Shown here piece by piece: positions 10,018 to 20,053 of a stretch of 64,000 nt of DNA (positions within the stretch are counted from its first letter, which is position 1; every line of letters begins with the position of its first letter). The stretch is from Spirochaetota bacterium (GTDB taxonomy: Bacteria > Spirochaetota > UBA6919 > CBDBPB01). Below the pieces are notes generated by a model. The model saw only the letters and a list, made by a program, of their open reading frames with translations. It ran no database searches and had not been told where the DNA came from. The translations under genes were made by a program, and so were the position numbers. Location of the stretch: assembly GCA_965208615.1 (NCBI GenBank), contig CBDBPB010000001.1, forward strand, positions 352,001-416,000, written 5' to 3'.

Positions 10018-11379
10018 CTATATAGCCATAACCTTAATGTCACGCCCCTTTAGCCATAACTCAGCACCCTCTAATAGCTGATTATACTCATTCTCATAAC
10101 TGCCATCCAATACCTTATCCAAAAGAAAATTAAGAATATCACCAATAATAGGACCAGAGGATAAATCAAAAGCATCCATAATATCATTACCATTAATATC
10201 CAAGTCTCTTACAGAAAAACGACTATCCTCCTCTAAGATATAGTTAATACGCCTTTCAAGGTTTTGGATAGACCTTGATTCCCTATTCTTAGTTTTACCA
10301 TTACCAAGCCTATCAGCCTCTCGTAACTTCAAAAGAAAAGATAAGTCATTCCCAACCTTCTTTATAAAACGTCTAACTGCCCTGTCAGTCCACTGACCGG
10401 TATAGTGGAACATATGCTGGCTAACAAGCTTGGATACCCTCTTAACAGTATTATTAGAAAATCCATACCTCTTAAGAATACCATGACATATTCTAGCCCC
10501 AATATTCTCATGATCATAAAAGGTATTTTGTATGTTATCCTGTGTACCCTTAACCTCTTTTCTCACCCTCGGCTTGCCAATATCATGAAAAAGAGCCGCT
10601 AATCTAATAATAGGCTCATCCACATTAGACGAATCGCAAGAGGATAAACCATGATAATAAACATCATACTTGTGATACTCATTTTGATGAATATTATATC
10701 CCTCAAGTAACTCAGCAAACAAATATGATAAAATGTTATACTCCCTCAAAAGCTCAATAGCCTTACTAGGCTTAGTTAATTCTAATAACTTAATTATCTC
10801 TGTTTTCCATAACGGCTTATCTAAATAGTCAATATTAAGCTTTTTCTTGTTCAATAACATTAAAATAGAACTATCCAAGTTATACTTAATAATATATCTA
10901 ACTGCCCTAATAAGACATATAACATTATTAGTTAAATCAAATCCACTAAGCTTTCCCTTATCAAAACAGCCCTTAACTAACTCATAATTATATAACTTAT
11001 TAAAGTCCCATACAATATTGTCCAAAGGCAAAGATAAACTATTACAATACTTAATAACATCAGACGTAAAATGAATGTCAATATAGTATTTATCCTCTAA
11101 ATCACTTTTAAGAAAGTCATCTTTTATTAAATGAAACTTGCTATCACAATAGTAAAAAGAAAGATCATTAAGCCTACACCCCGAAAGCGATATGTTTAAC
11201 TTATTAAGTAAACTATCCCTCGACGCAGAAGTTACTAACTGATAGTGATAAGGCTTATTATCCGTAAATAAAATATCACATATAGTCTCCCCGTAAACAG
11301 CAAGACTATCACCTAACTGTGTTATTATATCATGTAAAATATTAATCGACTGAGGTAAACTCTTATTTATTTTTTCCAT
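10018..11379 (-). CDS. CCA-adding-enzyme homologue with intact HD domain and degenerate nucleotidyltransferase head
   Basis: LFHDIGKP, FYDHENIGA and C-terminal DINGNDIM..GPIIGDIL; GGxVRD and DxD motifs not conserved. Confidence 0.75.
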   Translation of the reverse strand: MEKINKSLPQSINILHDIITQLGDSLAVYGETICDILFTDNKPYHYQLVTSASRDSLLNKLNISLSGCRLNDLSFYYCDSKFHLIKDDFLKSDLEDKYYIDIHFTSDVIKYCNSLSLPLDNIVWDFNKLYNYELVKGCFDKGKLSGFDLTNNVICLIRAVRYIIKYNLDSSILMLLNKKKLNIDYLDKPLWKTEIIKLLELTKPSKAIELLREYNILSYLFAELLEGYNIHQNEYHKYDVYYHGLSSCDSSNVDEPIIRLAALFHDIGKPRVRKEVKGTQDNIQNTFYDHENIGARICHGILKRYGFSNNTVKRVSKLVSQHMFHYTGQWTDRAVRRFIKKVGNDLSFLLKLREADRLGNGKTKNRESRSIQNLERRINYILEEDSRFSVRDLDINGNDIMDAFDLSSGPIIGDILNFLLDKVLDGSYENEYNQLLEGAELWLKGRDIKVMAI

Positions 11380-11479
11380 AGTAATTAGTAGTATATAAGT
11401 GAGTAAAGTTTATTCTAATAGTTTAAGAAGGAATATAATAAAAAATATACTAATTGATAACATCCACATTATACATAAT

Positions 11480-12079
11480 TTAATCACAAACCCTATAAAG
11501 CCCCTTACTATTAATATAATCCTCAACTTTATAGGGTACAAGATATTTAATAGAATAGCCCTCTAATAACCTCTGCCTTATTAAGCTCGAGGATACGTTA
11601 AATCCAGTAGAGTTAAACGGTATAATATATGAAAAATCTTTTTTATAGCTTTCTGCTTTAAAGCTAGTCCTGCTAATAACCACTAAGTTCACCTTTTCTA
11701 TTAACTCTTTATAGCTCATCCAAGTAGTTATGTCCTTAATTAAGTCAGCACCAATAAGTAAGTATATTTTATCCTCAATAACTAGTGAACTATAAAATGA
11801 TTTCACCGTATCAATAGTATATGATATACCCCCCCTTTTAATCTCTATGTCAGACACATAAAAATAAGGATTAAACTCAATAGCCAACTCAATCAGCCTT
11901 AAACGATCACTATCACTAATCAATGGCTTATAACCCTTATGAGGAGGTATGCTAACCGGTATGAAATATACCCTGTCAAGATTAAAAGTTAGCCTAACCT
12001 CCTCTGCCATTAGTAAATGACCATTGTGAATCGGATTAAATGTACCACCAAGTATACCTATTTTCATAACATATACCAA
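11480..12079 (-). CDS. nadD: Nicotinate-nucleotide adenylyltransferase
   Basis: GGTFNPIHNGH, PPHK, SYTIDT, IGAD and SSSLIR motifs. Confidence 0.95.
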   Translation of the reverse strand: MVYVMKIGILGGTFNPIHNGHLLMAEEVRLTFNLDRVYFIPVSIPPHKGYKPLISDSDRLRLIELAIEFNPYFYVSDIEIKRGGISYTIDTVKSFYSSLVIEDKIYLLIGADLIKDITTWMSYKELIEKVNLVVISRTSFKAESYKKDFSYIIPFNSTGFNVSSSLIRQRLLEGYSIKYLVPYKVEDYINSKGLYRVCD

Positions 12080-12133
12080 TTACCATTATAACCCTAATAT
12101 AAACTCCAATACTAAGTTGTAAAACTTAATATA

Positions 12134-13672
12134 CTAAATCTTTTTCCATATAGCTGGTGCAAATAAAATAATAACACTATATAACTCCAGCCTACCAAGG
12201 AGCATACAAAAAGTAAGAACCCATTTACCAAGTACAGATATGTCGGCAAAATTACCATTAGGACCAATAGAGCCTAAACCTGGACCAATATTATTAAGAG
12301 TAGCTACCACAGCTGAAAAGCTAACTATTAAATCATCCTCTAACAAATTCATAATAAGGATAGCTGAACCAAGAACTAAAGTATGAATTATTATAAAACC
12401 TAAAGTAGACAAAAGTATGTTATCAGGAATAACTTCCTTTCCTATTCTAACCAACTTAATATGACGCGGATATAAAAATTTTAAAATCTCGTTATAGGTA
12501 AACTTCATTATCAAATATACCCTTATAGACTTAATACCTCCTCCAGTGGATCCAGCTGATCCTCCGTTAAACATAAGCATAATAAATAAAAATTGACAAA
12601 AAGTAGACCAAGCAGCAAAATGATAAATACTACCCTCACCAATACCCAGACCATATCCAGTAGTAGTAATTACAGATACCACCTGGAATAAAACATAACG
12701 TAATGCCTTATTAATAGAGCCGTCAAACTGGCTATCCAAAGTGTTAATTACAATAATTAGCGTAGCTAACAAAATTATAACAACATAAAAACGAAATTCA
12801 TGATCCTTAATATGAGCCTTTCGTTGTCCCTTAAGAAATCGATAATGCAATGAAAAGCTTGCACCAGCCAAAAACATAAATATAGTAATAACATAATCAA
12901 TATATACCGAGTTATAATGACCTATGCTCAAATTCTTAGTAGAAAACCCTCCAGTAGCTACAGTCCCAAATGTATGACAAAGAGCATCAAATAAGTCCAT
13001 TCCTCCAAACATCAAAAGAATGGTTTCTAAAACAGTAAGTAAAAGATAAACTCCCCATAAAATCTTTGCAGTTTGACTAACCCTTGGAGCAATCTTATCA
13101 GATGTAGGTCCAGGTACCTCAGCCTGATATAACTGCATACCCCCAACACCAAGAGCAGGTAAAATAGCAATAGCTAATAAGATAATCCCCATACCCCCTA
13201 GCCAATGTGTTAAACTCCGCCAAAATAAAAGTCCCTTTGGTAATGCCTCAATATCAGTCAAAATAGATGATCCAGTAGTGGTAAAACCACTCATCATCTC
13301 AAAATATGCATCAGTAAAGTTATCAATAGTTCCAACATTCCAGTTATCATTATGAGAGTTAATTGCACCAATATTAATTATACCTACATCTATACTGTGA
13401 ATAAGAAAAGGTAAAGTCGCAAATAATGCAGCAATCAACCATCCAAAAGTAACAATACCAAAGCTTTCTCTAATCTTAACTTCAGCTTTTCTAGCCTTCC
13501 TCATAAGCAGGTTTAATATGGCACCTACAAAAAGAGTTAGCACTATAGAATAAATAAATGCCCTAATATCACTACCATCATAGTAAATAGCAAAAAATAA
13601 CGGTATAAACTCAAACAAAGCAATAAACATTATAAGATAACTCTGTAGGTATAAAACAACAGATAACTTCAT
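12134..13672 (-). CDS. trkH: Trk potassium uptake membrane protein
   Basis: SGFTTTG, TGGFS, GSTGGGIK and NNIGPG pore motifs. Confidence 0.95.
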   Translation of the reverse strand: MKLSVVLYLQSYLIMFIALFEFIPLFFAIYYDGSDIRAFIYSIVLTLFVGAILNLLMRKARKAEVKIRESFGIVTFGWLIAALFATLPFLIHSIDVGIINIGAINSHNDNWNVGTIDNFTDAYFEMMSGFTTTGSSILTDIEALPKGLLFWRSLTHWLGGMGIILLAIAILPALGVGGMQLYQAEVPGPTSDKIAPRVSQTAKILWGVYLLLTVLETILLMFGGMDLFDALCHTFGTVATGGFSTKNLSIGHYNSVYIDYVITIFMFLAGASFSLHYRFLKGQRKAHIKDHEFRFYVVIILLATLIIVINTLDSQFDGSINKALRYVLFQVVSVITTTGYGLGIGEGSIYHFAAWSTFCQFLFIMLMFNGGSAGSTGGGIKSIRVYLIMKFTYNEILKFLYPRHIKLVRIGKEVIPDNILLSTLGFIIIHTLVLGSAILIMNLLEDDLIVSFSAVVATLNNIGPGLGSIGPNGNFADISVLGKWVLTFCMLLGRLELYSVIILFAPAIWKKI

Positions 13673-13673
13673 A

Positions 13674-15014
13674 TTATATAAATAAATCCCCTATATCAGT
13701 GGTTAAGTTAGGAGCTGTAAATACTATAACTTTATCATCAACATCAAAAAAGTCATCCCCTCTCGGAATTATAACCTTATGACCACTAATTATAGCCGCA
13801 ATCAAGCATCCATTAGGAAACTCTAATTCCTTAATCGGAGTTTTAATAAGTTTATTGTCCTTTGTTATTAAGTATTCTATTGCCTCAGCATCTTTTTCAC
13901 CCAATGTATCAACAGATAATATATTCCCTCCTCTAACATATCTCAATATCTCTCCCACAGTGGATATCTTAGGGTTAATTACAGCATCTATGCCTATTAC
14001 CGAGGTGAAGTCTAAATACTCCTTTTTTTGTATTTTTGCGATAGTCTTTTTTACCTTTTGCTTTTTGGCAATCATACAGGATAATATATTATCCTCTTCA
14101 TCGTTTGAAAGAGCAATAAAAACATCAACATTGCTTATTCCCTCATCCTGAAGAGCCCCAAGATCAGTCGGATTACAATTAACGACCTCAATATTATGAT
14201 AGTCTTCTGCAAAAGCTAAGCATTCCTTTCTATCAGGCTCAATAACCTTAACCCTTATTCCCATATTCTCTAGGCTAGTACACAAAAATCGGCTTATCTT
14301 AGTAACTCCAACTACAAAAACATAATTAAAAACCTCTTCTGATTCCGAAAAGTATGGATCAACATTCTCAAAATCCTTACTCTTGCCTATAACATATACC
14401 TTGTCATTAGGTAAAAGATAATCATTTCCTGTAGGGATAATCATATCAAACTCCCTAATAATAGCAAGAAATAATATTTTTTCAAGTTCTTTAAATTTAA
14501 TAAGATCCTTAAGCTGGAATCCAGCAATTTCTAAGCTTTCACTAATTTTGTATCCATTTATGATAAGCTCTTCTTCAGAAAAGTTAACAGTCTCGAATGC
14601 GGCAGGAGTCTCAATTAATTTAACAATATCATCAGTAGCCACTTCTTCTGGATTAATTAAAACATCAATTCCCAATTCTTCTTTTGTTATAAAGCCATTG
14701 CTCTGAAATATATAACTTCTTATTCTAGCTATTTTTAAAGGAACATTAAACTTTCTGGCAATAAAACAAGCTATCATATTAGTTTCATCAACATCAGTAA
14801 CAGCAATAAGAATATTACAACTACGTAATCCAGCCTTATTAAGACTATTATAATCCCCACCATGACCAACCACAGTCAAAACGTCTAAAGACTTATTAAT
14901 ATCCAATATTTTATCAGGATCCTGATCAACAATTACCACATCATGCTTTTCTGCAACAAGACGCTCAGCAATCTGAAAACCAACTTCTCCTGCACCAACA
15001 ATAATTATATTCAT
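13674..15014 (-). CDS. trkA: Trk potassium uptake NAD-binding subunit
   Basis: IVGAGEVG and tandem RCK domains; coupled to trkH. Confidence 0.95.
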   Translation of the reverse strand: MNIIIVGAGEVGFQIAERLVAEKHDVVIVDQDPDKILDINKSLDVLTVVGHGGDYNSLNKAGLRSCNILIAVTDVDETNMIACFIARKFNVPLKIARIRSYIFQSNGFITKEELGIDVLINPEEVATDDIVKLIETPAAFETVNFSEEELIINGYKISESLEIAGFQLKDLIKFKELEKILFLAIIREFDMIIPTGNDYLLPNDKVYVIGKSKDFENVDPYFSESEEVFNYVFVVGVTKISRFLCTSLENMGIRVKVIEPDRKECLAFAEDYHNIEVVNCNPTDLGALQDEGISNVDVFIALSNDEEDNILSCMIAKKQKVKKTIAKIQKKEYLDFTSVIGIDAVINPKISTVGEILRYVRGGNILSVDTLGEKDAEAIEYLITKDNKLIKTPIKELEFPNGCLIAAIISGHKVIIPRGDDFFDVDDKVIVFTAPNLTTDIGDLFI

Positions 15015-15185
15015 AATTTTTCCAATATTTTACTAAGCATATTAAGCAGTTACTATAACAAAATTAAGATAATTAAAATCTATTAATAAAGATATACAAA
15101 ATTATTAATAGTAGAATTTAAGTATCAAAAAAAAAAATCCGATTTTCCCTTTAAAGCAGTACTACAGTAAAATAAGGAGAGCTTT

Positions 15186-15371
15186 ATGACTGATAACGAA
15201 AAAATAATAATTAATAAAAACCTGGCCAAAATTGCTAATATTTTCAACTTAAAAGTTAAGTTAACAATAAACAATGCACATAAAGTCATAGAGGATAATT
15301 ATAAAAAAATGAAAGAAATTGACCAAAGAATTGAAACACGACTTTCTTCACTAACTAAACTTGCGGCCTAA
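15186..15371 (+). CDS. Small hypothetical coiled-coil protein
   Basis: 61-aa ORF with AGGAGA RBS. Confidence 0.55.
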   Translation: MTDNEKIIINKNLAKIANIFNLKVKLTINNAHKVIEDNYKKMKEIDQRIETRLSSLTKLAA

Positions 15372-15534
15372 AGTTATATAATATATAAACGATCTATTTA
15401 AGACCTTTGTAAATTATATTTTTTTAATATTATTAGAAGATTTATATTAGGTGTTAGTTAATAAATAATATTCTTTAACTTTAGGATATAAATTATATTA
15501 TAAAGAAACACTTTTTTAGTCGATATTATATGAT

Positions 15535-16164
15535 ATGGGAGTTACTAGAGTAAAGATTTGTGGCATAACTAACGTTGAGGATGCCTTACTTTCTATTTCT
15601 CTTGGGGCTGATGCCCTTGGATTTATTTTTTGTGATAGTCCAAGACAAATAACTATTAAAAATGCCGAAACCATTATAAAAAAGCTACCTCCGTTTGTTA
15701 GCAAGGTAGCCGTAGTTAAAGACTTCTCAGAAGGCGAAATTTGGGCATTACTTTCCCATTTACCAATTGATACTATTCAGTTTCATGGATCAGAGTCAGA
15801 AGAGTATTGTCTTGAGTTTCTCCCTCATACTATAATAAAAACTATTTCTATTAAATCCGAAAAAGATATTAATAAGCTTAAAGTTTATCCATCCCAGTTT
15901 AACTTTCTATTGGATACATATTCAGAAATAGGTGGTGGAAGCGGTAAAACATTTAATTGGGATATAGCACTAAAAGCTAAGCAATATGGCAATATTATAA
16001 TAGCTGGTGGATTAAATCCAAATAATATAAACTCTGCCATAAACCTTGTTAATCCTTATGGTATAGATATATCCTCAGGTTTAGAGAAGTCACCAGGTAA
16101 AAAAGATCACGATAAAATGAAATACTTTTTTGAAGTAATAAAAAAACGGAGTATAGTTCAATGA
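15535..16164 (+). CDS. trpF: Phosphoribosylanthranilate isomerase
   Basis: VKICGIT, GADALGFIF, QFHGSE, GGSGKTFNW and AGGLNP motifs. Confidence 0.95.
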   Translation: MGVTRVKICGITNVEDALLSISLGADALGFIFCDSPRQITIKNAETIIKKLPPFVSKVAVVKDFSEGEIWALLSHLPIDTIQFHGSESEEYCLEFLPHTIIKTISIKSEKDINKLKVYPSQFNFLLDTYSEIGGGSGKTFNWDIALKAKQYGNIIIAGGLNPNNINSAINLVNPYGIDISSGLEKSPGKKDHDKMKYFFEVIKKRSIVQ

Positions 16165-17252
16165 AAAAAATATTATTAGTCGTTTTAATCCTCTCTGTTA
16201 CAAGTATATTTGCACAAAGTTACTATTTCAACTTTTCTAGTAAATCTAAGGTTCAGGAGTTCACATCTGATTCAAAATATCCCATAGGATACATAAACTG
16301 GACTAAGGGATATTTCTTAGCCAGAGCTAAAGAAAAGCTTAATAATAGCTTATCCCCTAGTGATAAACTAAAGATAGAACAAAAATTAACCCATATTGCA
16401 AAGATTCGCCTTTTTAACATTATTCTTTCTACCAAAGTGGATAGCTATAACTATATAAAGGATCTTTTTAGAAAAGAAAAAAGATTTAAATTATCCTTTC
16501 TAGAAGAACTAAAAACTAATATTATTGTTTTATCTCCTATTTACAAATTCGATGAAGTTGAAGTTGTAGTAAAATATCCCCTTTATGGTAAAGGCTCTAT
16601 AACAGACCTTCTTTTTAAAATAGATGACTATGAAATGCCTTTTCCTAAACCCAATAAAAACTATATAGAAGAACCTCAAGAATATTCATCTTTGATAGTA
16701 GACCTTAGAAAAAGTTTTAAAATGCAAATAAAGGTGTCTGAGTGGTTAGGTCAGCTACCAACCAATATTAACTTTCCACGATATCTTAAAAATAAAATAA
16801 GGTATAACGAAGAAGATAAGCTACTATCCTTCAAAGGGACTATGGCATTAGAAGAAAAAAAAGACCTTCTTGAGCTGTCCTATAATGAGGATTATCAAGA
16901 TAGCATTAACGAACTTTATAAAAAGTCCCAAAGTAGTAATAAAATATATAAGCATTCTCCTTCAATATTCCCAAAGATTTATGACAGCCATGGCAAATTA
17001 ATTTATTCCAAAAACATGATAAAGCTATCTGACCGCATTAATACAAAATATGTAAGGTATACCAAAGATACTACTCTTCCCTATAAAGTAGAGATAGTAG
17101 GGAATAATCCTTTATATGTATTACCAGACAAGTTAAAAGGAGAAAATAATACAGACTTCATAATTAATAAAGAGGATTCAAGAAAGCTTCTAGTCAACTC
17201 TAGAACAATTTATAACCTGAAGAAAGGAAAGATATTCTTACTTGTTGATTAA
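16161..17252 (+). CDS. Secreted hypothetical protein (LPP20-associated-like) with an apparent inserted domain
   Basis: Signal peptide; INWTKG, YSSLIVD, PSIFPKIYD and GNNPL motifs. Confidence 0.6.
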   Translation: MKKILLVVLILSVTSIFAQSYYFNFSSKSKVQEFTSDSKYPIGYINWTKGYFLARAKEKLNNSLSPSDKLKIEQKLTHIAKIRLFNIILSTKVDSYNYIKDLFRKEKRFKLSFLEELKTNIIVLSPIYKFDEVEVVVKYPLYGKGSITDLLFKIDDYEMPFPKPNKNYIEEPQEYSSLIVDLRKSFKMQIKVSEWLGQLPTNINFPRYLKNKIRYNEEDKLLSFKGTMALEEKKDLLELSYNEDYQDSINELYKKSQSSNKIYKHSPSIFPKIYDSHGKLIYSKNMIKLSDRINTKYVRYTKDTTLPYKVEIVGNNPLYVLPDKLKGENNTDFIINKEDSRKLLVNSRTIYNLKKGKIFLLVD

Positions 17253-17256
17253 TATA

Positions 17257-17535
17257 TTACTTTTTAGTAACTAAAGCCTTAAGCTCTTTTCCTGCCTTAA
17301 AATAAGGAACTCTATGTTCAGGAACATTAATCTTTTCATTAGTCTTAGGATTACGAGCTATTCTAGCCTTTCGTTCTTTAGTACCAAAGGTACCAAAACC
17401 TCTTAGTTCAATATGGTCGTTATCACTGATTCCTTTTTTTATTTTATCAAAAAAACTATCAATGATAACCCCGATATTCTTTTTTGTAAGATTACCATTT
17501 TCACTTATAATTTCAATAATGTCGGCCTTAGTCAA
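17257..17535 (-). CDS. hup: HU/IHF-family DNA-binding protein
   Basis: IELRGFGTF, ARNPKT and FKAGKEL motifs. Confidence 0.92.
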   Translation of the reverse strand: MTKADIIEIISENGNLTKKNIGVIIDSFFDKIKKGISDNDHIELRGFGTFGTKERKARIARNPKTNEKINVPEHRVPYFKAGKELKALVTKK

Positions 17536-17545
17536 CGTAGTCTCC

Positions 17546-17815
17546 TTAAGTTGCTTTTAGCATGTTTAATTTTTTCATAATAATGGACTTCTTTCTAGAG
17601 GCAGTATTTTTTGGATATACTCCCTTTTTTATAGCCTTATCTAAGGCGGATACAAGTTGTTTTGTATATGATTCGCTTTGTTCTTTATCTTGATTTTTAA
17701 TTGCATATTCTGCTTGCTTTAAGAGATTTTTAACCTGTGATTTAACCACTTTATTACGACGACGTCTTTTTTCATTTTGCCTTATTCTTTTTATTGCTGA
17801 TTTACTATGTGCCAC
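17546..17815 (-). CDS. rpsT: 30S ribosomal protein S20
   Basis: MAHSKSAIKRIRQ...KNTASRKKS. Confidence 0.96.
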   Translation of the reverse strand: MAHSKSAIKRIRQNEKRRRRNKVVKSQVKNLLKQAEYAIKNQDKEQSESYTKQLVSALDKAIKKGVYPKNTASRKKSIIMKKLNMLKAT

Positions 17816-18181
17816 AAAAACCTTCCTAATTTTTTATTTACTAAATATCATAAAGAAAGACTTGGATGTCAAGATGTTTTAAAAAAAAGTAGCCATAAAG
17901 TTAACTAAACTTAAATATATATCATATAGTTAAGAGTTTAGTAAGTAGTCTTTTAAGATTAGAAATTATAAACTGCCTTATAAAGTTCCTTATTTATATT
18001 GCTATATAATAGCTATTCAGTTCTTCCATAGGTTTGTCAGCAAGATAAACTTTTTAGCTATATAAACTTGGGCTAAACTTTATCTATTACTAATTAATTA
18101 ATAAATTAAGCACATTGCTTATCTTGTTTACAGCTATCCATAGAGGAAGCCCTGTATCAAATACTGAAGTAGCTCCAGTAA

Positions 18182-18975
18182 TTGTTATCAAATGTTCTAG
18201 TAGGTTATTGTAAAAACGTTCTAAGTTTATCAATTTTTATAGATATAAACTGTTCTATTATTTTTAATTCACATAGAAAGTTACACATAAAGTCAATATA
18301 TAATATTCCAATAATCCGCCCTATCCTTTTATAGAACGGCAAATCAGTTATCACTTAATAAAGGTCTATAATTCTTAGTCTCAATAAGGGATTCTTAATA
18401 GCTCTCGAAGTGATGATTACTTGCATAAAAAGTGATATTTTGTGTTCATTACTAAAGTATTTAAGCAGCACTTAAAGAGTATATAGGGATAACCTGCTTG
18501 ACACAAGGAAATGACTTTTTCATGAATATTTTAACTTTCCTGTTTCACAAAGAGATGTAAAATATACCTATCTTTACATTATATGTATTACTTTTTATCT
18601 TATACGCTTTATCATAAAATGATAACTAAATTATTAAACAATATCACTCTAAATAAACTAAATTATTATTAAAAAAAAATACCTTCTTATTACGTTTGAT
18701 AGAACATCTGCTAACTTATCACACCTCTTTAACAACCTTTCTATAACTTGATAATCTGTATTTTTTAAGTTTTAGATATATAAACTAGCTTAGAATACTT
18801 TTGGTTTACACTAATAGAACAATTAGTAACATGATATAATAAACATGCTATCACAAACTTATTTTTTTAAAGATGTCATCAATAATTAATATTTATTCTT
18901 GTAAATATTAATTATTGATGGTAAGTTCTTTTTTAGAAGCCTTATAGAATAACCTACTAGAACATTTGATAACAA
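18182..18975. mobile_element. Non-coding MITE-like element, copy 1
   Basis: Perfect 28-bp inverted repeats at 18182-18209 and 18948-18975. Segment 18182-18726 recurs at 53954-54474. Segment 18786-18831 is identical to the end of the 318-bp tandem unit. Confidence 0.7.
18877..18920. repeat. Perfect 19-bp AT-rich hairpin
   Basis: CATCAATAATTAATATTTA-ttcttg-TAAATATTAATTATTGATG. Confidence 0.85.
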
Positions 18976-19185
18976 CTAGATTGCCTTTCTATAACAAAAT
19001 TATTATTTTTATTTTATCCTCGTACTACTTTATTATAACTGTAGTCCATTAGCTTAAACTTAATTGTTTTTTTATCTTATTATGGAACTAACAACTACAT
19101 AAAACTGTTAGTTCTTTCAATACATAATGTTAAATATTGGTCTGATTTCTATACTTAAACAAAAATAATGCTTCGGAGGTATACT

Positions 19186-20013
19186 TTGTATAAAATACTA
19201 GAAAAAAAAGAAATAACTGCAACATCCAATCTTCTTAAATTACACGCTCCACGAATAGCAAGAAAAGCTTTACCCGGTAATTTTGTTATTCTCCAGCTTA
19301 CAGAAAAAGGTGAACGGTTTGTTCTAACCGTAGTCGATACCGATATTGGGGATTCGTCCATCACAATAATAGCACAGGTCGCTGGTAAAAGTACTGCTCT
19401 TCTTTGCTCTATGAATATTGGGGATGAGCTTTTTAGTGTAGTTGGACCCCTTGGTAATTCTACTCACATTGAGAACTTTGGTACAGCTGTTGTAATTGGT
19501 GGTGGTGTTGGCATTGCAGAGACTTATCCTATTGCAAAAGCTTTAAAAGAAGCCGGTAATAAGTTAATTACCATTATTGGTGGACGAGATAAATCACTTT
19601 TAATGCTCGAAAACGAGCTAAGGGCTATTAGTGATAAGCTGATTGTAACTACTGATAACGGCTCCTATGGCGAACAAGGGCTAGTTACTGATCCATTAAA
19701 GCGTCTTATTAATAATAATGAAGTTGATTTTGTATTATGTATTGGACCTATTCCTATGATGGCGGCAGTTTCTGAGGCTACTAGACCTAACAAAATTAAA
19801 ACTATGGTGAGCTTAAACCCCGTTATGGTGGATGGAACAGGCATGTGTGGGGCTTGCAGAGTAAATGTTGGAGGCAAGATGAGATTTGCATGTGTTGAGG
19901 GGCCTGAGTTTAACGGTCATGAGGTAGATTTTAAAGAACTAGCAAATAGAAATCGCATTTATTTATCCCAAGAAAAATTTGCTATGGATAAATTCCAAAA
20001 AATTAAAGCTTAG
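19186..20013 (+). CDS. nfnA: NfnA/SudB-type FAD/2Fe-2S electron transfer subunit
   Basis: VVGPLG, GGGVGIA and MVDGTGMCGACRV...CVEGPEF; TTG start after GGAGGT. Confidence 0.88.
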   Translation: MYKILEKKEITATSNLLKLHAPRIARKALPGNFVILQLTEKGERFVLTVVDTDIGDSSITIIAQVAGKSTALLCSMNIGDELFSVVGPLGNSTHIENFGTAVVIGGGVGIAETYPIAKALKEAGNKLITIIGGRDKSLLMLENELRAISDKLIVTTDNGSYGEQGLVTDPLKRLINNNEVDFVLCIGPIPMMAAVSEATRPNKIKTMVSLNPVMVDGTGMCGACRVNVGGKMRFACVEGPEFNGHEVDFKELANRNRIYLSQEKFAMDKFQKIKA

Positions 20014-20053
20014 TCAGTTAATTTTAATTATAACAAAATATATGAGGATTATT

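Noticed and set aside
18120-18180. Possible coding relic adjacent to element copy 1
   Set aside because: The minus-strand translation is too short to assign to any family.
18182-18975. Integron attC sites or an autonomous IS
   Set aside because: No integrase or transposase ORF, no gene cassettes, and no convincing RYYYAAC...GTTRRRY pairing.
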